A DNA stretch of 60,475 nucleotides, filler included, from Sphingomonadaceae bacterium (GCA_050261575.1; 3 parts of 3 records of this genome joined end to end with filler, not necessarily neighbours in it), one strand, 5' to 3'; counted from the first letter of the whole stretch, positions 29,041 through 39,114 are shown. Program-made: numbers and translations. Notes: a model not told the origin generated them from the sequence alone.

Positions 29041-29423
29041 TTCTGCGTTCTGCGGGGCTCTGCGCACTCCGCCTTGGAGCCTGGATTGGAGACAACCCAG
29101 CCGCTCCCCTCGCTCCAGCCGTCGCCGCACCGGCAGCCAGCAGGGATCCGGCAGGGGCATGCCGGTGGAGGCTACCTCCTCTCGGATCGACCGCATCTCC
29201 AACGTGCAGCAGGTGGCGGTGGTGTGCCTCCCCCACGAGGAGATGCTTCGCTACGCTCGGCATGGCAGGGGTAGCGCGGCCGTGACGAGGGGTACGCCAT
29301 GCTTGGCACGCCGATCTGGGCGGCTTCGAGAAAGACCTGGCGCCGGTTTGGGCCACGTTGACAGCCGGTGCCATCTGGAATATCGTTTGCTCGGCCCTCA
29401 GAGATGGCGTTCCGGAGGTTTCC

Positions 29424-30776
29424 GTGCTCTCTTCTTTCCTCGTGGCCCTGGCCATGATCCTGTTCTCCCCCTGGTGGCCTGACGAGGTACCGCCGCAGCT
29501 CTCGCCCGAGGCGCGACTGCCCGTCGTGGTGGCTGCGAGAGGCCACGGCGAGGCCCTCTCGCGCGGCCTCGCCGCCGATCCAGCCCTTCAGCAGGTGCTG
29601 GACGGGCTGGCCGCTCGGCTCCGCGCCAGAGGGGTGGAGGTCCGGTCTGATTGGCCGGGGCTGCTCTTGGTGATGTCTCCGGCCTCGGGTAGCAGCGTCA
29701 CGAAAGGGCTTCGAGCCGTGGACGAGGACCCACAGTTGCCCGACACCTACGTGCTCCTCGAAGTGGGCTTCAACGAGGGGACGTCGCCCTCGGCCTCCGG
29801 CACCGAGACCCGGTTCGGGGGCAGCGGGGACGCCTCGTGGCGGCTGGCCCAGCAGGTCCAGCGGCACCTGGTTAGGGGTCTCTGGGATGTGATCCGGTAC
29901 GACAGCTACGATCGGGGGGTAGTGGAAGAAGAGGACGGAGACTCACCGAGCAGGCCCGCGGGGTTGAAGACAGGGACGCCTTGGGTATCCACCTATCCCC
30001 TGTTCGCCACCAATCCCCGCGAACGGGCGCTGCTGGACTCGCCGGAAAACCTGGACCTTCTCTCCAGCGCCCTGGCCAATGCCCTTTTCGACTATCTGGA
30101 CCCATCGCTGCCCACCCCGGAGCGCAGCGCCAGGGTGGGGTGGCGAACCAGAGAGCGATGGCAGCCGGTTCCGCCCCGCGTGTTGTGGGGGGCCGAGCAG
30201 GGCACGAGGCTCGCGCTGACCTTCGATGGAGGGGCCTCTTCTGCCCCCACCCCCGCGATCCTGGCGGCGCTGCGTGAGGCGGGGGTTCGGGCCACCATGT
30301 TCATGACGGCTGAGTTCGTGGAAAAGAACCCGGAGTTCGTGGTGCAGATGGCCAAGGACGGGCACGAGTTCGGCAACCACAGCGCTACCCACCCGGACAT
30401 GACGAAGCTTTCGGACGAGGAGATAGTCTCGGAGCTCGACCGGCTGGAGGCAGCCGTCGTGGCCCTCACCGGCAGGAGCACCCGACCGTGGTTCCGGCCC
30501 CCCTACGGTGCCCACGACGACCGCGTGGCGAGGGTGGTGGCGGAGCAGGGCTACAACACAGTGATGTGGACCGCCGACAGCGCCGATTGGCGGGAGGACG
30601 TGGCGCCATCCACGGTCGCGGAACGGCTGCTGGATTACGCCGCGGCGGGCGCCATCCTGATAGAGCACCTCGGGAGCCCCCAGTCGGCCAAGGTGTTGCC
30701 GGAGGTGCTGGCGCAACTGAAGGAACGGGGCTTCAGCTTCGGCACCCTCTCGGAGGTCTTCGGGCCTACCCGGTAA
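29424..30776 (+). CDS. Secreted polysaccharide deacetylase (CE4/NodB) with a degenerate amidase-like N-terminal domain
   Basis: N-terminal hydrophobic segment; ALTFDGG, GNHSATHPDM, WFRPPYG, WTADSADW; start uncertain. Confidence 0.85.
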   Translation: MLSSFLVALAMILFSPWWPDEVPPQLSPEARLPVVVAARGHGEALSRGLAADPALQQVLDGLAARLRARGVEVRSDWPGLLLVMSPASGSSVTKGLRAVDEDPQLPDTYVLLEVGFNEGTSPSASGTETRFGGSGDASWRLAQQVQRHLVRGLWDVIRYDSYDRGVVEEEDGDSPSRPAGLKTGTPWVSTYPLFATNPRERALLDSPENLDLLSSALANALFDYLDPSLPTPERSARVGWRTRERWQPVPPRVLWGAEQGTRLALTFDGGASSAPTPAILAALREAGVRATMFMTAEFVEKNPEFVVQMAKDGHEFGNHSATHPDMTKLSDEEIVSELDRLEAAVVALTGRSTRPWFRPPYGAHDDRVARVVAEQGYNTVMWTADSADWREDVAPSTVAERLLDYAAAGAILIEHLGSPQSAKVLPEVLAQLKERGFSFGTLSEVFGPTR

Positions 30777-30965
30777 GCGCGTCGCCCCTCGATTCGATAG
30801 TGTACGGCGGGTGACGACCTGAAGTAACGATCTCAGTGCGATGCGGCGCGACAGAACCGATCCGCAGATGCACGCAGATGGGCGCAGATGCCGAGCCGGG
30901 GGATACGCTTCTGCGTCGATCTGCGACATCGTGGATTCAGCATCGTTATCCGATCGGCAGATGAG

Positions 30966-31327
30966 ATGGAAAGACTCCTCGTCGTGCGCGGCGGTGCGCT
31001 CGGCGACTTCGTCCTCGGCCTCCCCGCCCTGCGTGCCCTCCGCGACGCTTTCCCCGATTCCACCCTGGAGTTGGTCGCGCCCGGCGCGGTGCTGCCCCTG
31101 GCTGCGTCGCTGGTGGACGTCGCCACGCCCATCGAGCGGTCCGAGGTCGCGGCCCTCTTCGGCGATTCCGACAGACTACCCCAGGAGATCGACGTCCGCT
31201 ATAGGGACTTGGACCTGGTGGTGCTGTGGCTGGCCGACGCCGACGGCTCGGTGCGCCGCAGCTTCGAGAGGCTCGCCGCTAGGCGAGTCCTGTGGGCCCC
31301 TGCCATCCCTCCGGCGGGTCGCCATGC
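30966..31327 (+). CDS. Glycosyltransferase family 9, 3'-truncated by the gap
   Basis: LLVVRGGALGDFVLGLPALRALRDAFP. Confidence 0.85.
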
Positions 31328-31427
31328 NNNNNNNNNNNNNNNNNNNNNNNNNNNNNNNNNNNNNNNNNNNNTTAATTAATTAANNNNNNNNNNNNNNNNN
31401 NNNNNNNNNNNNNNNNNNNNNNNNNNN
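31328..31427. other. Artificial contig spacer
   Basis: 44 N + TTAATTAATTAA + 44 N (stops in all frames). Confidence 0.97.
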
Positions 31428-31555
31428 CCTCCCGAGGCCCACAGTCTACCCGGAAGATGGCCACTTGTCCTCTCCCGCCACCCAGGCCCATCCCTTCCCA
31501 TTCACCCATCAGGTGATGCCCCGAGCGTCAATCCACGGATTGGGGAGATGCCTGC

Positions 31556-32068
31556 TCACCTCAGCCTTTTGATAAGGTAGGTACAGGTTTCCCACCTCAC
31601 ACGTTGCCGCCCCTGATCGTCCCGGTAGTAGACGGCGTGGAGGAAGTCGCCGAGGCCGGAGTCCTGGTATCCCCGGCGCTGGTAGAGGGCGAGGGCGCGG
31701 AGGTTATCGATGCCTACCCCGAGCCCTACCTGAGAGAAGCCCCGTTGCCGGGCCAGATCCTCGGCTGTGCCCAGTAGCAGCGAGCCGATTCCCCTCGATC
31801 GAAGATCTGGCCGGACCCATAGGTCCTCGATATCCGGACAATCGGCCAGTTGAGAAGCCATCGGCTCGTCCACGGTGCCGTCCCACTTCAACAGCACGTG
31901 CCCGACTGGCTCCTCTCCCTGCCAGGCCACCAGGTAGAGCGCCTGCCCCTGCTGCTGCATTGCCAGCCGGACCCGGTGCTTCTCGGTGGGCTGGGAAGCC
32001 AGCCGCCGCTCCAGCAGCACCGTGTCTTCGGGCCGCAGTGGCCTCACCTGGATGATGCTCTGCCGCAC
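31556..32068 (-). CDS. GNAT-family acetyltransferase
   Basis: LWVRPDLRSRGIGSLL, NLRALALYQRRGY. Confidence 0.9.
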   Translation of the reverse strand: MRQSIIQVRPLRPEDTVLLERRLASQPTEKHRVRLAMQQQGQALYLVAWQGEEPVGHVLLKWDGTVDEPMASQLADCPDIEDLWVRPDLRSRGIGSLLLGTAEDLARQRGFSQVGLGVGIDNLRALALYQRRGYQDSGLGDFLHAVYYRDDQGRQRVRWETCTYLIKRLR

Positions 32069-32252
32069 CGATCGAAGCGCCTCCCGCGGGCCGTTTGCCT
32101 CCGCTATCTGCCATCTGAAGGGCAAGATCCGTTCTCCGAAGCCCGGGACTCCTGTCCCTCCCAGCGAAGGGGATGTAGAATGGGGCGGCATCCAAGCGGG
32201 TTTGGGATGCCAGAACGATACATGTGGGCATCGGGAGCTTCGGGTCGTGGTC

Positions 32253-32951
32253 ATGGAGGATCGGGGTCAGGCACGGAAGGTGGGCGCTCCTCCGCCGAGT
32301 GTTCACGAGGGTAAGCCCCTCCTGCGAGGCTGGTTTCACGCCTTTGCCGCCTTCGGGGCAGTGGCGTTGACCATCGGCTTGCTGCTTCAGACTCGCCACG
32401 ACTCTCCCCGGTTCCTCTCCATGCTGACCTTCGGAGTCAGCCTGATCGAGCTGTACACTGTGAGCGCCGTCTATCACATCGGCTCTTGGCGGGGCCGAGG
32501 TCGGACGGTCCTGCGCGCCCTCGACCACGCGAACATCTTCGCGGTCATCGCCGGAACCTACACCCCTTTCTGTGTCAACGTGCTGAGCGGGTGGCTTCGC
32601 GTCGCGGTGCTGGCGCTGATCTGGACCCTGGCGCTCGCGGGCATCGTCAGCGCCATCTTCACCCTCCGGTTGCCGCGCTGGGCGTCTACCGCGCTCTATC
32701 TTGGGATGGGCTGGGTGTCCCTGGTGGCCCTCCCGAAGCTGTGGGAGCTGCTGCCGTGGGAGGCAATCGCGCTGCTGTTCACCGGTGGGGTTCTCTACAC
32801 GGTGGGAGCCGTGATCTATGCACTGAAGAAGCCGAACCCTCTGCCCCGCTACTTCGGATTCCACGAGATCTTCCACCTCTTCGTCATCGCCGGCGGGGCG
32901 GCCTTCGCGATCGCCGTCTGGGTCTGGGTGGTGCCCTACCCCAGAGGCTGA
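32253..32951 (+). CDS. Hemolysin III / PAQR-family membrane protein
   Basis: KPLLRGWFH, SAVYH, LDHANIF..IAGTYTP, FGFHEIFH. Confidence 0.93.
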   Translation: MEDRGQARKVGAPPPSVHEGKPLLRGWFHAFAAFGAVALTIGLLLQTRHDSPRFLSMLTFGVSLIELYTVSAVYHIGSWRGRGRTVLRALDHANIFAVIAGTYTPFCVNVLSGWLRVAVLALIWTLALAGIVSAIFTLRLPRWASTALYLGMGWVSLVALPKLWELLPWEAIALLFTGGVLYTVGAVIYALKKPNPLPRYFGFHEIFHLFVIAGGAAFAIAVWVWVVPYPRG

Positions 32952-33033
32952 ACGGGTTTCCAGATCCTGCTGGCCTCAGCCTATGAAGTGGGTGCGGAGG
33001 TAGGCAGGGCACACGCCGCCGGTGTATAATCCG

Positions 33034-33146
33034 GCTAACGCATCTCCGAGCTGCCGCGCCTACAGGATCTCCCATGGCGAGGCGGCCGTTTCGGGTGGGG
33101 GAGGAAACGATCCCGCCTCCTCGTGCTTGGAAAGGAGGGCGTCGGC
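33034..33146 (+). promoter_or_regulatory. Moco/Tuco riboswitch (P3-less)
   Basis: CTCCGAG...CCTA...ATGG...GGCC...GGGTGGGG..GGAAAC..CCCGCCTCC.CGTG.TTGGAAAGGAG matches the Moco motif; TATAAT at 33025-33030; upstream of a molybdate-transporter-family gene. Confidence 0.85.
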
Positions 33147-33228
33147 TCTGGTGGCCGGCGACTTCCCTGCCTCTCGTTCTGCTGCCTCGATCGCTGGCCT
33201 CAGGGACATCCTCGTTCGGGAGTGGACC

Positions 33229-34407
33229 ATGGAACCGGCATCGGATCTTCGGTCATCGGTGCAGAAAGCCACGATCTCCGCCCCTCGGGGCAATCGCTAC
33301 GATCGCATGGAGTGGGCTGGGGCCTTTGGGGACCTCGGCACCCTGATCCCCTTCGTTGTGGGTTACATCGCCGTCCTCAAGATGGATCCGGTGGGGATGC
33401 TGCTGGCATTCGGTCTGGCCAAGGTCGCCGTGGGACTCTACTTCCGCACCCCCATGCCGGTGCAGCCGATGAAGGCGATCGGGGGTGCCGCCATCGGCCA
33501 GGCCGGAGCGATCAGCCCCGCCATGGTGTACGGGGCGGGGCTGGTCACCGCAGCCATCTGGTTGGTGCTGGGCCTGACCGGCGCGGTCGATCGGGTGGCG
33601 AGGCTGGCCTCCAAGCCGGTGATTAGGGGCATCGTCCTGGGGCTGGGCTTCTCCTTCCTGCTGGAGGCATTCCGGATGATGGGGAGCGATCCGCCGGTCG
33701 CAGTGGCCGCTCTGCTGCTGACCTACCTGCTGCTGTCCAACACCAGGCTGCCGGCCATGTTCCTCCTGCTGTTGCTCGGGGTGGGTGTGGCCATCTTCCA
33801 TCACCCCGACCTTCCCGGCCGCCTCATCCAGGCAGGCGTGCAGCCCCGCCTGCCCTCCCTCGCGCTGTTCGAGCTTTCGTGGCAGGATCTGCTCGCGGGA
33901 GGACTCCTCCTGGCGCTGCCCCAGGTGCCGCTCAGCCTCGGGAACGCGTGCATCGCCGTGGTGGCGGAGAACAACGACCTCTTCCCTGATCGACCCGTGA
34001 CCGAGCGTCGGGTCGGAACGACCATGGGGCTGATGAACCTCCTCTCCCCCCTCCTGGGCGGGGTCCCGATGTGCCACGGCGCGGGCGGGATGGCCGGCCA
34101 CGTGCGTTTCGGCGCGAGGACCGGTGGTGCACTGGTGATCCTCGGCGCCATCCTGGTGTTCCTCGCCCTCTTCCTCGGCCACTCGGTGGAGCTGATCTTT
34201 CTGATGTTCCCAGAGGCGGTCGTGGGGGTGATTCTCTTCTTCGCTGGCGTCGAGTTGGCGATGTCCGCCAGGGACGTGGGCTCTCGGAAGGACGATTTCC
34301 ACGTGATGCTGGTCACGGCTGGCTTCGCCACCTGGAACATGGGAGCCGCCTTCGTGGCCGGCGTGCTGCTCCACCGCGCCCTCCAGCGCGGCGCGGTCAA
34401 GCTTTGA
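33229..34407 (+). CDS. MOT1-family molybdate/sulfate transporter
   Basis: GAFGDLGTLIP, PMPVQPMKAI, PMCHGAGGMAGH.RFGARTG; alternative GTG start at 33151. Confidence 0.9.
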   Translation: MEPASDLRSSVQKATISAPRGNRYDRMEWAGAFGDLGTLIPFVVGYIAVLKMDPVGMLLAFGLAKVAVGLYFRTPMPVQPMKAIGGAAIGQAGAISPAMVYGAGLVTAAIWLVLGLTGAVDRVARLASKPVIRGIVLGLGFSFLLEAFRMMGSDPPVAVAALLLTYLLLSNTRLPAMFLLLLLGVGVAIFHHPDLPGRLIQAGVQPRLPSLALFELSWQDLLAGGLLLALPQVPLSLGNACIAVVAENNDLFPDRPVTERRVGTTMGLMNLLSPLLGGVPMCHGAGGMAGHVRFGARTGGALVILGAILVFLALFLGHSVELIFLMFPEAVVGVILFFAGVELAMSARDVGSRKDDFHVMLVTAGFATWNMGAAFVAGVLLHRALQRGAVKL

Positions 34408-34607
34408 CCTGGCTATACCGTCGCGTCAAGCTCGCACGAGCCAGCTATCCGGTCTCCCGCAGACCGGGCTTTCCGTTTCACTCGGGGGCCTTTGGGGTGC
34501 CCGAGTGCTGGAAACAACGATTGACATGGGTGGCAGCATCCCAGTATAAGTGGTCATGAAGGCGCGGGAGACTCGATCCGAAGGGGAGAACGCTGCTGAG
34601 CCCGGAG

Positions 34608-35507
34608 TTGATCGCTTTCCTTGGTTCCTGGTCGTGGGATCCGACGGTGCTGAGCGGCCTGGGTCTCTCGGCTCTGCTCTACGCTGCCGGCTGGCGTCGC
34701 TCACGGAGAGCGGGGCTCGGCGAAGAGGCCCTACCGACCTGGCGGGCCTGGTGCTTCGGGGGCGGGCTCTTCTTCGTCTGGCTTGCCCTGCTCTCGCCCA
34801 TCGGCAGCTTCAGCGGGCTGTTCTTCTTCATGCACATGATCCAGCATCTGCTGCTGGTGGAGGTGGCGGCGCCGCTCCTGCTGTTGGGGGCTCCCGTGCT
34901 GCCGATGCTGTGGGCGCTGCCGCGGGACGCGCGAGTGGTGCTGGGCAGCCTGTTCGGCCCGGGCAGCCCCCTGCACGGCGCCTTCGTGCTGTCGACCCAT
35001 CCGCTGATCGCCGTCACCCTCTACATCGCCGCATTGGCGGTCTGGCACCTGCCCAGCTTCTACGATGCCGCCCAGGGGCGGACGGCCATCCACGATCTGG
35101 AGCACACGATCTTCCTGGGGACGGCGCTGCTGTACTGGTGGCCCATAGTGCACCCCGCCGGCGGGCGGCGACGGCTGAGCTACGCTGCTGCTGTGCCCTA
35201 CCTGCTGCCACCGTTGCTGGCGGGGAGCCTGATCGGCGCACTTCTCACCTTCGCCCAGCATCCCCTCTACGCTACCTATCAACGGGTCCCCCGACTGTGG
35301 GGTATCTCGGTCCTGCAGGACCAGCAGTTGGCCGGTCTCATCATGTGGGTGCCTGGTGGCCTGGCCTACATCTTCCCGATCTTCGTGCTGATAGCCCTCC
35401 TGCTGCGACAGGAGGAGCGAGCGGCCGCGGCCGACGGCGGCGATGCCGGCGGAAGCGAGGCTGCCCGCGCGGGATCGGGCGTTGGAGTGTCGAATGACCG
35501 GCGCTAA
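34608..35507 (+). CDS. ctaG: Cytochrome c oxidase assembly factor (Caa3_CtaG family)
   Basis: HMIQHLLL..VAAPLLLLG, WHLP, HDLEH, DQQLAGLIMWVPG. Confidence 0.9.
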   Translation: MIAFLGSWSWDPTVLSGLGLSALLYAAGWRRSRRAGLGEEALPTWRAWCFGGGLFFVWLALLSPIGSFSGLFFFMHMIQHLLLVEVAAPLLLLGAPVLPMLWALPRDARVVLGSLFGPGSPLHGAFVLSTHPLIAVTLYIAALAVWHLPSFYDAAQGRTAIHDLEHTIFLGTALLYWWPIVHPAGGRRRLSYAAAVPYLLPPLLAGSLIGALLTFAQHPLYATYQRVPRLWGISVLQDQQLAGLIMWVPGGLAYIFPIFVLIALLLRQEERAAAADGGDAGGSEAARAGSGVGVSNDRR

Positions 35508-36024
35508 AGTGATCCTTCTGGTGGCGCTGATGGCGGCTCTGGTGGTCCCCGCCATCGCCCTGGCCAACGGTGGAACGATCCAGGTGTCGAACCGGCTCGC
35601 GGGCCCCTACCTGCTGACCGTCTTCACCAGCCCCAGTCCCGCGCGCGTGGGCATCGTCGACGTCAGCGTTCTGATACAGAGGCCGGGCTCCGACGAGGCG
35701 GTTCTGGACGGCCACGTCGTGGTGACTGCACAACCGGTGGGCGGTGCGGGCGCGGGTGCGAGCTACTCGGCAACCCACGAGCAGGCGACGAACAAGCTGT
35801 ACTACGCCACCAACGTCGATCTGCCCGTCGAGGGGCGGTGGAGGATCGAGGTGCGGGCGTTCGGCCCAGAGGGCGAGGGGTCGGTGGAATTCGAGGTCGA
35901 GGCCACTCGAGAGAGTCTGCTGGACCGTCCCCTGCTGCTGATCGGGTTGATGGCGATTCCGCTGGTGGCCGTCGCCTGGTGGCTGGCTAGGGGCAGGAGT
36001 ATCCAGGGGAGTCATCCCGCCTGA
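35494..36024 (+). CDS. Exported YtkA/FixH-like protein with C-terminal TM anchor
   Basis: Signal peptide; AGPYLLTV..SP.P.RVG; LPVEGRWRIEV; C-terminal TM; overlaps ctaG. Confidence 0.65.
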   Translation: MTGAKVILLVALMAALVVPAIALANGGTIQVSNRLAGPYLLTVFTSPSPARVGIVDVSVLIQRPGSDEAVLDGHVVVTAQPVGGAGAGASYSATHEQATNKLYYATNVDLPVEGRWRIEVRAFGPEGEGSVEFEVEATRESLLDRPLLLIGLMAIPLVAVAWWLARGRSIQGSHPA

Positions 36025-36030
36025 GCCCTC

Positions 36031-37089
36031 TCACCCCTTCATCGCCTCCACGATTGCCTCGGCCATCTCGGCCGTTCCGGCCGAGCCGCCCAGGTCGGCG
36101 GTGACTCGCCTCCCCTCACGCAGGACTGCGGCTACGGCTCGCTCGACCCTGTCGGCGGCCGAGGTCTCCCCCAGGTGGTGGAGCATCATCACCCCGCTCA
36201 GGATGGTCGCCGTGGGGTTCGCCTGATTGAGCCCGGCTATGGTGGGCGCCGTGCCGTGAACCGGCTCGAAGACCACGACCTCCGGCCCTACGTTGGCCCC
36301 CGGCGCCAGGCCGAGTCCCCCGACCAGTCCCGCGCACAGGTCCGAGAGGATGTCGCCGTACAGGTTGGGCGCCACAACCACGTCGTAGACCTCAGGAGAC
36401 TGCACCAGTTGCATGCACATTGCGTCGACGATGCGATCCTCGAAGCCGATGGTGGGGTAGTCTAGGGAGACCTCGCGGGCGGCCTCCAGGAACATGCCGT
36501 CGGTCAGCTTGAGGATGTTGGCCTTGTGGACGGCGGTCACCTTGTGGCGTCCCTGTCGGACGGCGTAGTCGAAGGCGAACCTGGCTATCCTCTCCGAAGC
36601 GCCTCTGGTGATGATCTTGATCGCCTCCGCGATGTCGGGTGTCACCAGGTGCTCGATGCCCATGTAGAGGTCCTCGGTGTTCTCGCGCACCACGACCAGA
36701 TCCACTGTGTCGAACCGCGTGTGGATGCCCGGGTACACCCTGGACGGTCGCACGTTGGCGTAGAGGTCCAACTCCTTGCGGAGGGCGACGTTCACACTCG
36801 GGTAGGTGCGGGTTGTGGCTCTCCTCTTGCCCCCTTGGGTCCAGCAGACTGGCACGCTGAATCCCTTCCCGATGGGCGTGGCGATCGGCCCCTTCAGGGC
36901 GATCTTGGTACGATCCAGGGAGTCCAGCACGACGTCGGGCAGCGGGGTTCCGTATTCCTCGATGACGTGGGCCCCGGCGGCGACCACCTCCCAGCGGATC
37001 CTGGCCCCGCTGGCGTCGATCACCCGTCTTGCCGCGGCCGTGACCTCTGGCCCTATCCCCTCGCCTGGAATCAAGGTTACCTGGTGCAT
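36031..37089 (-). CDS. Isocitrate/isopropylmalate dehydrogenase family (NAD-IDH-like)
   Basis: [47 protein letters not shown]. Confidence 0.93.
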   Translation of the reverse strand: MHQVTLIPGEGIGPEVTAAARRVIDASGARIRWEVVAAGAHVIEEYGTPLPDVVLDSLDRTKIALKGPIATPIGKGFSVPVCWTQGGKRRATTRTYPSVNVALRKELDLYANVRPSRVYPGIHTRFDTVDLVVVRENTEDLYMGIEHLVTPDIAEAIKIITRGASERIARFAFDYAVRQGRHKVTAVHKANILKLTDGMFLEAAREVSLDYPTIGFEDRIVDAMCMQLVQSPEVYDVVVAPNLYGDILSDLCAGLVGGLGLAPGANVGPEVVVFEPVHGTAPTIAGLNQANPTATILSGVMMLHHLGETSAADRVERAVAAVLREGRRVTADLGGSAGTAEMAEAIVEAMKG

Positions 37090-37400
37090 CCGTCTCCTCC
37101 CCTGTGGCGGTGCGGCCGGGGGCGCCCTCACTCCGGCCCGTCAACGAAGGCTTGCGCAAGTAGCCCCAACACGATTCGGACCAGCCGTTGCCGGCTTGTC
37201 CAGACTTTGGCTCTTTGGTATCCTGTCGCCAACGTGTACCAGAAAGATCCCTCTGAGAGGGAAGGGGTCCCGCTTGCCGGGCGTGGTTTGGTCTGCGGGC
37301 GTCCGGTTCAGGCTTAGCCGCGCTGGGCCGGTCCACACGGCGGTTCTGTCCGAACCCCGGCCGATTGCACGGGGAATACGAGACTCGGAGAGGAGTCAGC

Positions 37401-38123
37401 ATGCGCATCGACGACAACCTTTGCACGGGATGCTGGGAGTGCGTGCCCTACTGCCCCGTGGGGGCAATGCTGCCCGAGGACGGGATAGTGAGGGTCGATG
37501 AGGAGCAGTGTGTAGAGTGCGGCACGTGTCTGCGCACCGCGCCTTGTCCCAGCGGCGCGATCTACGAGCCCGAGTCGGTCTACCAGTGGCCGCGCTCGGT
37601 GCGCAAGGTGTTCAGCGATCCCAAGGCCGTCCACGAGAAGACGGGCGTACCGGGCCGTGGGACCGAGGAGTGCAAGACCAACGATGTGACCGGCCGGACC
37701 AAGCGGGGCCGCATCGGGCTGGCCGTGGAGTTGGGGAGACCCGGCGTCGGCACCGACTTCCACGACGTTGAGAAGGTGTCCACCGCCCTCGCACGGCTTG
37801 GAGTGCACTTCGAACCGTGCAACCCGCTCACCGCGCTGATGGAGGACACCGCGACCGGGAAGATCCGGGATGACGTGAAGACCGAGAAGGTGCTCTCGGC
37901 GATCGTGGAGATCGACACCGGCATCGAGAATCTGAAGTCGGTTCTCGAGACGGTCCGGGGTGTCACAGCCGATCTCAAGACAGTGTGCGTGGTGGACTTG
38001 ATCTGCCGGTTCGACCCCGACGGGAGCATTCCGGTGCTGCCCATCCTGAAGGAGCTGGGGCTCGAGCCGCGGCCGAACGCCAAGATCAACATCGGCGCGG
38101 GCCGGCCGCTGTGCCAACTGTAG
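37401..38123 (+). CDS. 2x[4Fe-4S] ferredoxin-domain protein with conserved C-terminal domain
   Basis: CTGCWECVPYCP and CVECGTC....CP; GRGTEECKTNDVTGR; GAGGAG RBS. Confidence 0.88.
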   Translation: MRIDDNLCTGCWECVPYCPVGAMLPEDGIVRVDEEQCVECGTCLRTAPCPSGAIYEPESVYQWPRSVRKVFSDPKAVHEKTGVPGRGTEECKTNDVTGRTKRGRIGLAVELGRPGVGTDFHDVEKVSTALARLGVHFEPCNPLTALMEDTATGKIRDDVKTEKVLSAIVEIDTGIENLKSVLETVRGVTADLKTVCVVDLICRFDPDGSIPVLPILKELGLEPRPNAKINIGAGRPLCQL

Positions 38124-38138
38124 GGGAGGGTAGGTGAG

Positions 38139-38777
38139 ATGACACATTCGCTGCACCGCCGGGGAACCGTCGAGGATCTGCGTGGCGACTACGTCCTTCT
38201 GGTCACGCCGGCCATCGGCTTCAACCACGAGGGGAAGAAGGCTGCCCTCCAGAAGGTGGTGGACATCGTCTTCGACGTGGGGCCCAACAACATCGCCTCC
38301 ATCGAGGCCACGGGCACCATCTACACCGGCACTACCAAAGACGACATAAAGAACAACATTCACGACAAGGGTCGGGTGCGCTGCTGCTTCGATAGCCGCG
38401 AGAAGATGGCCGAGGTGATCAAGCGGCTGGGAGAGGCCGACCTGGGGCTTTCCATCACCGTGAGCGGCCTGATCGACGAGGTCGTGCCGATGGCGAAAGC
38501 CGCCGGCTTCGAGCCCCACACCATCAACCTGTCCCTTGGCATCCACGGCAACACCGGCTGCCTGCCCAGCGAAAGGGTGCTGGAGATCACCAGCATGTGC
38601 GGCCACGGGCTGGTTGCCACCAACCTGGCCAAGGCGATGATCAAGGAGGTCAAGGCCGGGCGGAAGTGTCTGGAGGATGCCGCCATCAAGCTGGCCCAGC
38701 CCTGCTTCTGCGGTATCCTCAACGTAGAGAGGGCCAAGCAGATCCTGCTGGCGGCCGACATCTCCGACGCGGAGTAG
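38139..38777 (+). CDS. Hypothetical Cys-containing protein, partner of the Fe-S gene
   Basis: MTHSLHRRG, SLGIHG, SMCGHG, PCFCGILN; GGAGG RBS. Confidence 0.85.
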   Translation: MTHSLHRRGTVEDLRGDYVLLVTPAIGFNHEGKKAALQKVVDIVFDVGPNNIASIEATGTIYTGTTKDDIKNNIHDKGRVRCCFDSREKMAEVIKRLGEADLGLSITVSGLIDEVVPMAKAAGFEPHTINLSLGIHGNTGCLPSERVLEITSMCGHGLVATNLAKAMIKEVKAGRKCLEDAAIKLAQPCFCGILNVERAKQILLAADISDAE

Positions 38778-38993
38778 CCGCTGGGTGGCGACACAGGCTG
38801 CCCCCGAGTCCGGAGGCAGTACACGACGTCTGGGGTGGGAAACGGCGCCCACCCCAGACTCCTCTTCTCCACTGATTGCCCTCGTCACAGGCGGTGGCTC
38901 AGAGCGATCCACCACTTCGGGTCGCCCCGCGTCGCGACGGTGCGCCTGCCCACATCCCTCTACCGCACCTCCACGTATTTGCCGGCCGGTCTA

Positions 38994-39022
38994 TTGACAT
39001 GGGCGGAGGCTGGTGCTAACCT
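38994..39022 (+). promoter_or_regulatory. Sigma70/SigA promoter of the dnaK operon
   Basis: TTGACA-17 nt-TAACCT with extended TG. Confidence 0.8.
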
Positions 39023-39023
39023 C

Positions 39024-39050
39024 TTAGCACTCTAACCATGAGAGTGCTAA
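39024..39050. promoter_or_regulatory. CIRCE element (HrcA operator)
   Basis: Perfect TTAGCACTC-N9-GAGTGCTAA. Confidence 0.98.
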
Positions 39051-39114
39051 TGCGGCTTGGGGTGCACGCGGGGGCCTCGGCCTGGCGGCACATGCGGGGT
39101 TAGGGAGCAGTGAA

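Noticed and set aside
31328..31427. TTAATTAATTAA motif inside N runs (also 56083-56182)
   Set aside because: Artificial six-frame-stop contig linker; neighbourhoods across it are not meaningful.
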